Assembly: GCA_964247055.1 (NCBI GenBank)
Contig: OZ176053.1
Location: forward strand, 13,268,001 to 13,332,000
Direction: 5' to 3'
Source of the DNA: Paragordius varius
Lineage: Eukaryota; Animalia; Nematomorpha
DNA length: 64,000 nucleotides
Part shown: in pieces, positions 40,301-54,449 of the stretch
Layout: each line of letters starts with the position of its first letter
How positions within the stretch are numbered: the first letter of the stretch is position 1
Position numbers and translations under genes: made by a program
Notes under the pieces: model-generated
Told to the model about the DNA's origin: nothing
Database searches by the model: none
Seen by the model: the letters and a program-made list of their open reading frames with translations, nothing else

Positions 40301-43300
40301 TTTATACATTCTCTTAGCAAGACTACATCAAATAATAGAGATAGTTTGACAAACTCTTTCATATCCGATTTTTACAACGATACTTTATAAATTAATGTAT
40401 TAAACTAGTCGCATCAATAAGTCGCATCAATACTCAAGTTAAACTTTGTCCTAAAAAATCGGATATTGGTCAACGGTGAACAAAATAATTTTTTATACAT
40501 TCTCTTAGTAAGACTACATCAAAATATAGAGATAGTTTGACAAACTCTTTAATATCCGATTTTTACTACGATACTTTATAAATTAATGTATAAAACTAGT
40601 CGTATCAAAAAGTCGCATCAATACTCAAGTTAAACTTTGTCCTTGAAAATCGGATATTGGTCACCGGTGAATAAAATTATTTTTTATACATTCTCTTAGT
40701 AAGACTACATCAAAATATAGAGATAGTTTGACAAACTCTTTCTATCCGATTTTTACAACGATACTTTAAAAATTAATTTATAAAACTAGTCGCATGATTA
40801 CTCAAGTTAAACTTTGTCCTTGAAAATCGGATATTGGTCACCGGTGAACAAAATAATTTTTTATACATTCTCTTAGTAAGACTACATTAAATTATAGAGA
40901 TAGTTTGACAAACTCTTTCATATCCGATTTTTACAACGATACTTTAAAAATTATGGTATTAAACCAGTCGCATCAATACTCAAGTTAAACTTTGTCCTTA
41001 AAAATCAGATATTGGTCACCGGTGAACAAAATTATTTTTTATACATTCTCTTAGTAAGACTACATCAAAATATAGAGATAGTTTGACAAACTCTTTCATA
41101 TCCGATTTTTACAACGATACTTTAAAAATTAATCTATAAAACTAGTCGCATGATTACTCAAGTTAAACTTTGTCCTTAAAAATCGGATATTGGTCACCGG
41201 TGAACAAAATAATTTTATACATTCTCTTAGTAAGACTACATTAAATTATAGAGATAGTTTGACAAACTCTTTCATATCCGATTTTTACAACGATACTTTA
41301 AAAATTATGGTATTAAACCAGTCGAATCAATACTCAAGTTAAACTTTGTCCTTAAAAATCGGATATTGGTCACCGGTGAACAAAATTATTTTTTATACAT
41401 TCTCTTAGTAAGACTACATCAAAATATAGAGATAGTTTGACAAACTCTTTCATATCCGATTTTTACAACAATACTTTAAAAATTAATGTATAAAACTAGT
41501 CGCATGATTACTCAAGTTAAACTTTGTCCTTAAAAATCGGATATTGGTCACCGGTGAACAAAATAATTTTTTATACATTCTCTTAGTAAGACTACATCAA
41601 AATACAGAGATAGTTTGACAAACTCTTTCATATCCGATTTTTACAACGATACTATAAAAATTAATGTATTAAACTAGTCGCATCAATACTCAAGTTAAAC
41701 TTTGTCCTTAAAAATCGGATATTGGTCACCGGTGAACAAAATTATTTTTTATACATTCTCTTAGCAAGACTACATCAAAATATAGAGATAGTTTGACAAA
41801 CTCTTTCATATCCGATTTTTACAACGATACTTTATAAATTAATGTATAAAACTAGCGTATCAATAAGTCGCATCAATACTCAAGTTAAACTTTGTCCTTA
41901 AAAATCGGATATTGGTCACCGGTGAACAAAATAATTTTTTATACATTCTCTTAGTAAGACTACATCAAAATATAGAGATAGTTTGACAAACTCTTTCATA
42001 TCCGATTTTTACAACGATACTTTAAAAATTAATGTATTAAACTAGTCGCATCAATACTCAAGTTAAACTTTGTCCTTAAAAATCGGATATTGGTCACCGG
42101 TGAACAAAATAATTTTTTATACATTCTCTTAGCAAGACTACATCAAATAATAGAGATAGTTTAAACTCTTTCATATCCGATTTTTACAACGATACTTTAT
42201 AAATTAATGTATAAAACTAGTCGTATCAATAAGTCGCATCAATACTCAAGTTAAACTTTGTCCTTAAAAATCGGATATTGGTCACCGGTGAACAAAATAA
42301 TTTTTTATACATTCTCTTAGCAAGACTACATCAAATAATAGAGATAGTTTGACAAACTCTTTCATATCCGATTTTTACAACGATACTTTATAAATTAATG
42401 TATAAAACTAGTCGTATCAATAAGTCGCATCAATACTCAAGTTAAACTTTGTCCTTAAAAATCGGATATTGGTCACCGGTGAACAAAATTTTTTTATACA
42501 TTCTCTTAGTAGGACTACATATAAATATAGAGATAGTTTGGCAAACTCTTTCATATCCGATTTTTACAACAATACTTTAAAAATTAATGTATAAAACTAG
42601 TCGCATGATTACTCAAGTTAAACTTTGTCCTTAAAAATCGGATATTGGTCCCCGGTGAACAAAATAATTTTTTATACATTCTCTTAGTAAGACTACATCA
42701 AAATATACAGATAGTTTGAAAACTCTTTCATAAATGATTTTTACAACGATACTTTAAAAATTAATGTATTAAACTAGTCGCATCAATACTCAAGTTAAAC
42801 TTTGTCCTTAAAAATCGGATATTGGTCACCGGTGAACAAAATAATTTTTTTACATTCTCTTAGTAAGACTACATCAAAATATAGAAATAGTTTGACAAAC
42901 TCTTTCATATCCGATTTTTACAACGATACTTTAAAAATTAATCTATTAAACTAGTCGCATCAACACTCAAGTTAAACTTTGTCCTTAAAAATCGGATATT
43001 GGTCACCGGTGAACAAAATAATTTTTTAAACATTCTCTTAGCAAGACTACATTAAATTATAGAGATAATTTGACAAACTCTTTCATATCCGATTTTTACA
43101 ACGATACTTTAAAAATTAATGTATAAAACTAGTCGCATCAATACTCAAGTTAAACTTTGTCCTTAAAAATCGGATATTGGTCACCGGTGAACAAAAATAT
43201 TTTTTATACATTCTCTTAGTAAGACTACATCAAAATATAGAGATTGTTTGACAAACTCTTTCATATCCGATTTTTACAACGATACTTTATAAATTAATGT

Positions 43301-43369
43301 ATAAAACTAGTCGTATCAATAAATCGCATCAATACTCAAGTTAAACTTTGTCCTTAAAAATCGGATATT

Positions 43370-45640
43370 GGTCACCGGTGAACAAAATTATTTTTTATAC
43401 ATTCTCTTAGTAGGACTACATCAAAATATAGAGATAGTTTGGCAAACTCTTTCATATCCGATTTTTACAACGATACTTTAAAAATTAATGTATAAAACTA
43501 GTCGCATCAATACTAAAGTTAAACTTTGTCCTTAAAAATCGGATATTGGTCACCGGTGAACAAAATAATTTTTTATACATTCTCTTAGTAAAACTACATC
43601 AAAATATAGAAATAGTTTGACAAACACTTTCATATCCGATTTTTACAACGATACTTTAAAAATTAATGTATTAAACTAGTCGCATCAATACTCAAGTTAA
43701 ACTTTGTCCTTAAAAAACGGATATTGGTCACGGGTGAACAAAATTATTTTTTATACATTCTCTTAGTAAGACTACATCAAATTATAGAGATAGTTTGACA
43801 AACTCTTTCATATCCGATTTTTACAATTAAACCAGTCGCATCAATACTCAAGTTAAACTTTGTCCTTAAAAATCGGATATTGGTCACCGGTGAACAAAAT
43901 TATTTTTTATACATTCTCTTAGTAGGACTACATATAAATATAGAGATAGTTTGACAAACTCTTTCATATCCGATTTTTACAACGATACTTTAAAAATTAA
44001 TGTATTAAACTAGTCGCATCCTCAAGTTAAACTTTGTCCTTAAAAATCGGATATTGGTCACCGGTGAACAAAATTATTTTTTATACATTCTCTTAGTAAT
44101 ACTACATCAAAATATAGAGATTGTTTGACAAACTCTTTCATATCCGATTTTTACAACGATACTTTATAAATTAATGTATAAAACTAGTCGTATCAATAAA
44201 TCGCATCAATACTCAAGTTAAACTTTGTCCTTAAAAATCGGATATTGGTCACCGGTGAACAAAATTATTTTTTATACATTCTCTTAGTAGGACTACATCA
44301 AAATTAAGAGATAGTTTGGCAAACTCTTTCATATCCGATTTTTACAACGATACTTTAAAAATTAATGTATAAAACTAGTCGCATCAATACTAAAGTTAAA
44401 CTTTGTCCTTAAAAATCGGATATTGGTCACCGGTGAACAAAATAATTTTTTATACATTCTCTTAGTAAGACTACATCAAAATATAGAAATAGTTTGACAA
44501 ACACTTTCATATCCGATTTTTACAACGATACTTTAAAAATTAATGTATCAAACTAGTCGCATCAATACTCATGTTAAACTTTGTCCTTAAAAATCGGATA
44601 TTGGTCACGGGTGAACAAAATTATTTTTTATACATTCTCTTAGTAAGACTACATCAAATTATAGAGATAGTTTGACAAACTCTTTCATATCCGATTTTTA
44701 CAATTAAACCAGTCGCATCAATACTCAAGTTAAACTTTGTCCTTAAAAATCGGATATTGGTCACCGGTGAACAAAATTATTTTTTATACATTCTCTTAGT
44801 AAAACTACATCAAAATATAGAGATAGTTTGACAAACTCTTTCAAACCCGATTTTTACAACGATACTTTAAAAATTAATGTGTTAAACTAGTCGCATCAAT
44901 ACTCAAGTTAAACTTTGTCCTTAAAAATCGGATATTGGTCACCGGTGAACAAAATTATTTTTTATACATTCTCTAAGTAAGACTACATCAAAATATAGAG
45001 ATAGTTTGACAAACCCTTTCATATCCGATTTTTACAACGATACTTTAAAAATTAATGTATAAAACTAGTCGTATCAATAAATCGCATCAATACTCAAGTT
45101 AAACTTTGTCCTTAAAAATCGGATATTGGTCACCGGTGAACAAAATTATTTTTTATACATTCTCTTAGTAGGACTACATCAAAATTAAGAGATAGTTTGG
45201 CAAACTCTTTCATATCCGATTTTTACAACGATACTTTAAAAATTAATGTATAAAACTAGTCGCATCAATACTAAAGTTAAACTTTGTCCTTAAAAATCGG
45301 ATATTGGTCACCGGTGAACAAAATAATTTTTTATACATTCTCTTAGTAAGACTACATCAAAATATAGAAATAGTTTGACAAACACTTTCATATCCGATTT
45401 TTACAACGATACTTTAAAAATTAATGTATTAAACTAGTCGCATCAATACTCATGTTAAACTTTGTCCTTAAAAATCGGATATTGGTCACGGGTGAACAAA
45501 ATTATTTTTTATACATTCTCTTAGTAAGATTACATCAAATTATAGAGATAGTTTGACAAACTCTTTCATATCCGATTTTTACAATTAAACCAGTCGCATC
45601 AATACTCAAGTTAAACTTTGTCCTTAAAAATCGGATATTG
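43370..45640 (-). repeat. Pentamer higher-order repeat (about 881 bp) containing one 156 bp monomer
   Basis: TACTAAAG at 43511, 44388 and 45269 (877 and 881 bp apart). The first unit has a 4 bp deletion (CGCATCCTCAAG near 44020). Confidence 0.85.
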
Positions 45641-47814
45641 GTCACCGGTGAACAAAATTATTTTTTATACAATCTCTTAGTAAGACTACATCAAAATATA
45701 GAGATAGTTTGACAAACTCTTTCATATCCGATTTTTACAACGATACTTTAAAAATTAATGTATAAAACTAGTCGCATGATTACTCAAGTTAAACTTTGTC
45801 CTTAAAAATCGGATATTGGTCACCGGTGAACAAAATTATTTTTTATACATTCTCTTAGTACTACATCAAAATATAGAGATAGTTTGACAAACTCTTTCAT
45901 ATCCGATTTTTAGAACGATACTTTATAAATTAATGTATAAAACTAGTCGTATCAATAAATCGTATCAATACTCAAGTTAAACTTTGTCCTTAAAAATCGG
46001 ATATTGGTCACCGGTGAACAAAATTATTTTTTATACATTCTCTTAGTAGGACTACATCAAAATATAGAGATAGTTTGGCAAACTCTTTCATATCCGATTT
46101 TTACAACGATACTTTAAAAATTAATGTATAAAACTAGTCGTATCAATAAATCGCATCAATACTCAAGTTAAACTTTGTCCTTAAAAATCGGATATTGGTC
46201 ACCGGTGAACAAAATTATTTTTTATACATTCTCTTAGTAGGACTACATCAAAATATAGAAATAGTTTGGCAAACTCTTTCATATCTGATTTTTACAACGA
46301 TACTTTAAAAATTAATGTGTTAAACTAGTCCCATCAATACTCAAGTTAAACTTTGTCCTTAAAAATCGGATATTGGTCACCGGTGAACAAAATTATTTTT
46401 TATACATTCTCTTAGTAAGACTACATCAAAATATAGAGATAGTTTGACAAACTCTTTCATATCCGATTTTTACAACGATACTTTAAAAATTAATGTATAA
46501 AACTAGTCGCATGATTACTCAAGTTAAACTTTGTCCTTAAAAATCGGATATTGGTCACCGGTGAACAAAATAATTTTTTATACATTCTCTTAGTAAGACT
46601 ACATCAAAATACAGAGATAGTTTGACAAACTCTTTCATATCCGATTTTTACAACGATACTTTAAAAATTAATGTATTAAACTAGTCGCATCAATACTCAA
46701 GTTAAACTTTGTCCTTAAAAATCGGATATTGGTCACCGGTGAACAAAATTATTTTTTATACATTCTCTTAGTAGGACTACATCAAAATATAGAGATAGTT
46801 TGACAAACTCTTTCATATCCGATTTTTACAATTAAACCAGTCGCATCAATACTCAAGTTAAACTTTGTCCTTAAAAATCGGATATTGGTCACCGGTGAAC
46901 AAAATTATTTTTTATACATTCTCTTAGTAAGACTACATCAAAATATAGAGATAGTTTGACAAACTCTTTCATATCCGATTTTTACAACGATACTTTAAAA
47001 ATAATGTGTTAAACTAGTCGCATCAATACTCAAGTTAAACTTTGTCCTTAAAAATCGGATATTGGTCACCGGTGAACAAAATTATTTTTTATACATTCTC
47101 TTAGTAAGACTACATCAAAATATAGAGATAGTTTGACAAACTCTTTCATATCCGATTTTTACAACGATACTTTAAAAATTAATGTATAAAACTAGTCGCA
47201 TGATTACTCAAGTTAAACTTTGTCCTTAAAAATCGGATATTGGTCACCGGTGAACAAAATTATTTTTTATACATTCTCTTAGTAAGACTACATCAAAATA
47301 TAGAGATAGTTTGACAAACTCTTTCATATCCGATTTTTACAACGATACTTTAAAAATTAATGTATAAAACTAGTCGTATCAATAAATCGCATCAATACTC
47401 AAGTTAAACTTTGTCCTTAAAAATCGGATATAGTCACCGGTGAACAAAATTATTTTTTATACATTCTCTTAGTAGGACTACATCAAAATATAGAGATAGT
47501 TTGGCAAACTCTTTCATATCCGATTTTTACAACGATACTTTAAAAATTAATGTATAAAACTAGTCGCATCAATACTAAAGTTAAACTTTGTCCTTAAAAA
47601 TCGGATATTGGTCACCGGTGAACAAAATAATTTTTGATACATTCTCTTAGTAAGACTACATCAAAATATAGAGATAGTTTGACAAACTCTTTCATATCCG
47701 ATTTTTACAACGATACTTTAAAAATTATGGTATTAAACCAGTCGCATCAATACTCAAGTTAAACTTTGTCCTTAAAAATCGAATATTGGTCACCGGTGAA
47801 CAAAATAATTTTTT

Positions 47815-50800
47815 TACATTCTCTTAGTAAGACTACATCAAAATATAGAGATAGTTTGACAAACTCTTTCATATCCGATTTTTACAACGATACTTTAAAA
47901 ATTAATGTATAAAACTAGTCGCATGATTACTCAAGTTAAACTTTGTCCTTAAAAATCGGATATTGGTCACCGGTGAACAAAATTATTTTTTATACATTCT
48001 CTTAGTACTACATCAAAATATAGAGATAGTTTGACAAACTCTTTCATATCCGATTTTTACAACGATACTTTATAAATTAATGTATAAAACTAGTCGTATC
48101 AATAAATCGTATCAATACTCAAGTTAAACTTTGTCCTTAAAAATCGGATATTGGTCACCGGTGAACAAAATTATTTTTTATACATTCTCTTAGTAGGACT
48201 ACATCAAAATATAGAGATAGTTTGGCAAACTCTTTCATATCCGATTTTTACAACGATACTTTAAAAATTAATGTATAAAACTAGTCGTATCAATAAATCG
48301 CATCAATACTCAAGTTAAACTTTGTCCTTAAAAATCGGATATTGGTCACCGGTGAACAAAATTATTTTTTATACATTCTCTTAGTAGGACTACATCAAAA
48401 TATAGAAATAGTTTGGCAAACTCTTTCATATCTGATTTTTACAACGATACTTTAAAAATTAATGTGTTAAACTAGTCCCATCAATACTCAAGTTAAACTT
48501 TGTCCTTAAAAATCGGATATTGGTCACCGGTGAACAAAATTATTTTTTATACATTCTCTTAGTAAGACTACATCAAAATATAGAGATAGTTTGACAAACT
48601 CTTTCATATCCGATTTTTACAACGATACTTTAAAAATAATGTGTAAAACTAGTCGCAGAAATACTCAAGTTAAACTTTGTCCTTAAAAATCGGATATTGG
48701 TCACCGGTGAACAAAATTATTTCTTATACATTCTCTTAGTAGGACTACATCAAAATATAGAGATAGTTTGGCAAACTCTTTCATATCCGATTTTTACAAC
48801 GATACTTTAAAAATTAATGTATAAAACTAGTCGTATCAATAAATCGCATCAATACTCAAGTTAAACTTTGTCCTTAAAAATCGGATATTGGTCACCGGTG
48901 AACAAAATTATTTTTTATACATTCTCTTAGTAAGACTACATCAAAATATAGAGATAGTTTGACAAACTCTTTCATATCCGATTTTTACAACGAACTTTAA
49001 AAATTAATGTATAAAACTAGTCGCATGATTACTCAAGTTAAACTTTGTCCTTAAAAATCGGATATTGGTCACCGGTGAACAAAATTATTTTTTATACATT
49101 CTCTTAGTAAGACTACATCAAAATATAGAGATAGTTTGACAAACTCTTTCATATCCGATTTTTTCAACGATACTTTAAAAATTAATGTATAAAACTGGTC
49201 GCATGATTACTCAAGTTAAACTTTGTCCTTAAAAATCGGATATTGGTCACCGGTGAACAAAATTATTTTTTATACATTCTCTTAGTAGGACTACATCAAA
49301 ATATAGAGATAGTTTGACAAACTCTTTCATATCCGATTTTTACAATTAAACCAGTCGCATCAATACTCAAGTTAAACTTTGTCCTTAAAAATCGGATATT
49401 GGTCACCGGTGAACAAAATTATTTTTTATACATTCTCTTAGTAAGACTACATCAAAATATAGAGATAGTTTGACAAACTCTTTCATATCCGATTTTTACA
49501 ACGATACTTTAAAAATTAATGTATAAAACTAGTCGCATGATTACTCAAGTTAAACTTTGTCCTTAAAAATCGGATATTGGTCACCGGTGAACAAAATTAT
49601 TTTTTATACATTCTCTTAGTAGGACTACATCAAAATATAGAGATAGTTTGACAAACTCTTTCATATCCGATTTTTACAACGATACTTTATAAATTAATGT
49701 ATAAAACTAGTCGTATCAATAAATCGCATCAATACTCAAGTTAAACTTTGTCCTTAAAAATCGGATATTGGTCACCGGTGAACAAAATTATTTTTTATAC
49801 ATTCTCTCAGTAAGACTACATCAAAATATAGAGATAGTTTGACAAACTCTTTCATATCCGATTTTTACAACGATACTTTAAAAATAATGTGTTAAACTAG
49901 TCGCATCAATACTCAAGTTAAACTTTGTCCTTAAAAATCGGATATTGGTCACCGGTGAACAAAATTATTTTTTATACATTCTCTTAGTAAGACTACATCA
50001 AAATATAGAGATAGTTTGACAAACTCTTTCATATCCGATTTTTACAACGATACTTTAAAAATTAATGTATAAAACTAGTCGTATCAATAAATCGCATCAA
50101 TACTCAAGTTAAACTTTGTCCTTAAAAATCGGATATAGTCACCGGTGAACAAAATTATTTTTTATACATTCTCTTAGTAGGACTACATCAAAATATAGAG
50201 ATAGTTTGGCAAACTCTTTCATATCCGATTTTTACAACGATACTTTAAAAATTAATGTATAAAACTAGTCGCATCAATACTAAAGTTAAACTTTGTCCTT
50301 AAAAATCGGATATTGGTCACCGGTGAACAAAATAATTTTTGATACATTCTCTTAGTAAGACTACATCAAAATATAGAGATAGTTTGACAAACTCTTTCAT
50401 ATCCGATTTTTACAACGATACTTTAAAAATTAATGTATAAAACTAGTCGCATGATTACTCAAGTTAAACTTTGTCCTTAAAAATCGGATATTGGTCACCG
50501 GTGAACAAAATTATTTTTTATACATTCTCTTAGTACTACATCAAAATATAGAGATAGTTTGACAAACTCTTTCATATCCGATTTTTACAACGATACTTTA
50601 TAAATTAATGTATAAAACTAGTCGTATCAATAAATCGTATCAATACTCAAGTTAAACTTTGTCCTTAAAAATCGGATATTGGTCACCGGTGAACAAAATT
50701 ATTTTTTATACATTCTCTTAGTAGGACTACATCAAAATATAGAGATAGTTTGGCAAACTCTTTCATATCCGATTTTTACAACGATACTTTAAAAATTAAT

Positions 50801-52950
50801 GTATAAAACTAGTCGTATCAATAAATCGCATCAATACTCAAGTTAAACTTTGTCCTTAAAAATCGGATATTGGTCACCGGTGAACAAAATTATTTTTTAT
50901 ACATTCTCTTAGTAGGACTACATCAAAATATAGAAATAGTTTGGCAAACTCTTTCATATCTGATTTTTACAACGATACTTTAAAAATTAATGTGTTAAAC
51001 TAGTCCCATCAATACTCAAGTTAAACTTTGTCCTTAAAAATCGGATATTGGTCACCGGTGAACAAAATTATTTTTTATACATTCTCTTAGTAAGACTACA
51101 TCAAAATATAGAGATAGTTTGACAAACTCTTTCATATCCGATTTTTACAACGATACTTTAAAAATAATGTGTAAAACTAGTCGCAGAAATACTCAAGTTA
51201 AACTTTGTCCTTAAAAATCGGATATTGGTCACCGGTGAACAAAATTATTTCTTATACATTCTCTTAGTAGGACTACATCAAAATATAGAGATAGTTTGGC
51301 AAACTCTTTCATATCCGATTTTTACAACGATACTTTAAAAATTAATGTATAAAACTAGTCGTATCAATAAATCGCATCAATACTCAAGTTAAACTTTGTC
51401 CTTAAAAATCGGATATTGGTCACCGGTGAACAAAATTATTTTTTATACATTCTCTTAGTAAGACTACATCAAAATATAGAGATAGTTTGACAAACTCTTT
51501 CATATCCGATTTTTACAACGAACTTTAAAAATTAATGTATAAAACTAGTCGCATGATTACTCAAGTTAAACTTTGTCCTTAAAAATCGGATATTGGTCAC
51601 CGGTGAACAAAATTATTTTTTATACATTCTCTTAGTAAGACTACATCAAAATATAGAGATAGTTTGACAAACTCTTTCATATCCGATTTTTTCAACGATA
51701 CTTTAAAAATTAATGTATAAAACTGGTCGCATGATTACTCAAGTTAAACTTTGTCCTTAAAAATCGGATATTGGTCACCGGTGAACAAAATTATTTTTTA
51801 TACATTCTCTTAGTAGGACTACATCAAAATATAGAGATAGTTTGACAAACTCTTTCATATCCGATTTTTACAATTAAACCAGTCGCATCAATACTCAAGT
51901 TAAACTTTGTCCTTAAAAATCGGATATTGGTCACCGGTGAACAAAATTATTTTTTATACATTCTCTTAGTAAGACTACATCAAAATATAGAGATAGTTTG
52001 ACAAACTCTTTCATATCCGATTTTTACAACGATACTTTAAAAATTAATGTATAAAACTAGTCGCATGATTACTCAAGTTAAACTTTGTCCTTAAAAATCG
52101 GATATTGGTCACCGGTGAACAAAATTATTTTTTATACATTCTCTTAGTAGGACTACATCAAAATATAGAGATAGTTTGACAAACTCTTTCATATCCGATT
52201 TTTACAACGATACTTTATAAATTAATGTATAAAACTAGTCGTATCAATAAATCGCATCAATACTCAAGTTAAACTTTGTCCTTAAAAATCGGATATTGGT
52301 CACCGGTGAACAAAATTATTTTTTATACATTCTCTCAGTAAGACTACATCAAAATATAGAGATAGTTTGACAAACTCTTTCATATCCGATTTTTACAACG
52401 ATACTTTAAAAATAATGTGTTAAACTAGTCGCATCAATACTCAAGTTAAACTTTGTCCTTAAAAATCGGATATTGGTCACCGGTGAACAAAATTATTTTT
52501 TATACATTCTCTTAGTAAGACTACATCAAAATATAGAGATAGTTTGACAAACTCTTTCATATCCGATTTTTACAACGATACTTTAAAAATTAATGTATAA
52601 AACTAGTCGTATCAATAAATCGCATCAATACTCAAGTTAAACTTTGTCCTTAAAAATCGGATATAGTCACCGGTGAACAAAATTATTTTTTATACATTCT
52701 CTTAGTAGGACTACATCAAAATATAGAGATAGTTTGGCAAACTCTTTCATATCCGATTTTTACAACGATACTTTAAAAATTAATGTATAAAACTAGTCGC
52801 ATCAATACTAAAGTTAAACTTTGTCCTTAAAAATCGGATATTGGTCACCGGTGAACAAAATAATTTTTGATACATTCTCTTAGTAAGACTACATCAAAAT
52901 ATAGAGATAGTTTGACAAACTCTTTCATATCCGATTTTTACAACGATACT
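47815..52950 (-). repeat. 14-monomer, 2528 bp near-perfect tandem duplication
   Basis: TAGTACTAC 48003/50531, TCGCAGAA 48653/51181, CGAACTTTAA 48991/51519, GGATATAGTC 50131/52659 and GATACATT 50341/52869 are all offset by 2528. Confidence 0.92.
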
Positions 52951-54449
52951 TTAAAAATTATGGTATTAAACCAGTCGCATCAATACTCAAGTTAAACTTT
53001 GTCCTTAAAAATCGAATATTGGTCACCGGTGAACAAAATAATTTTTTTACATTCTCTTAGTAAGACTACATCAAAATATAGAGATAGTTTGACAAACTCT
53101 TTCATATCCGATTTTTACAACGATACTTTAAAAATTAATGTATTAAACTAGTCGCATCAATACTCAAGTTAAACTTTGTCCTTAAAAATCGGATATTGGT
53201 CACCGGTGAACAAAATAATTTTTTATACATTTTCTTAGCAAGACTACATCAAATAATAGAGATAGTTTGACAAACTCTTTCATATCCGATTTTTACAACG
53301 TATCTTTATAAATTAATGTATAAAACTAGTCGTATCAATAAGTCGCATCAATACTCAAGTTAAACTTTGTCCTTAAAAATCGGATATTGGTCACCAGTGA
53401 ACAAAATAATTTTTTATACATTCTCTTAGTAAGACTACATCAAAATATAGAGATAGTTTGACAAACTCTTTCATATCCGATTTTTACAACGATACTTTAA
53501 AAATTATGGTATTAAACCAGTCGCATCAATACTCAAGTTAAACTTTGTCCTTAAAAATCGGATATTGGTCACCGGTGAACAAAATAATTTTTTATACATT
53601 CTCTTAGTAAGACTACATCAAAATATAGAGATAGTTTTGCAAACTCTTTCATATCCGATTTTTACAACGATACTTTAAAAATTAATGTATAAAACTAGTC
53701 GCATCAATACTCAAGTTAAACTTTGTCCTTAAAAATCGGATATTGGTCACCGGTGAACAAATTTTTTTTATACATTCTCTTAGTAGGACTACATATAAAT
53801 ATAGAGATAGTTTGGCAAACTCTTTCATATCCGATTTTTACAACGATACTTTATAAATTAATGTATAAAACTAGTCGTATCAATAAGTCGCATCAATACT
53901 CAAGTTAAACTTTGTCCTTAAAAATCGGATATTGGTCACCGGTGAACAAAATAATTTTTTATATATTCTCTTAGTAAGACTACATCAAAATATGAGATAG
54001 TTTGACAAACTCTTTCATATCCGATTTTTACAACGATACTTTAAAAATTATGGTATTAAACCAGTCGCATCAATACTCAAGTTAAACTTTGTCCTTAAAA
54101 ATCGGATATTGGTCACCGGTGAACAAAATTTTTTTTATACATTCTCTTAGTAGGACTACATATAAATATAGAGATAGTTTGACAAACTCTTTCATATCCG
54201 ATTTTTACAATTAAACCAGTCGCATCAATACTCAAGTTAAACTTTGTCCTTAAAAATCGGATATTGGTCACCGGTGAACAAAATTATTTTTTATACATTC
54301 TCTTAGTAGGACTACATATAAATATAGAGATAGTTTGACAAACTCTTTCATATCCGATTTTTACAACGATACTTTAAAAATTAATGTATTAAACTAGTCG
54401 CATCAATACTCAAGTTAAACTTTGTCCTTAAAAATCGGATATTGGTCAC

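Noticed and set aside
53723-53908. 61 aa ORF (MSLKIGYWSPVNKFF...) from the ORF track
   Set aside because: It starts at TTG rather than ATG and lies entirely within satellite monomers. It appears to be open only because a small indel in the T-run shifts the frame past the usual stops. There is no recognisable domain or gene context.
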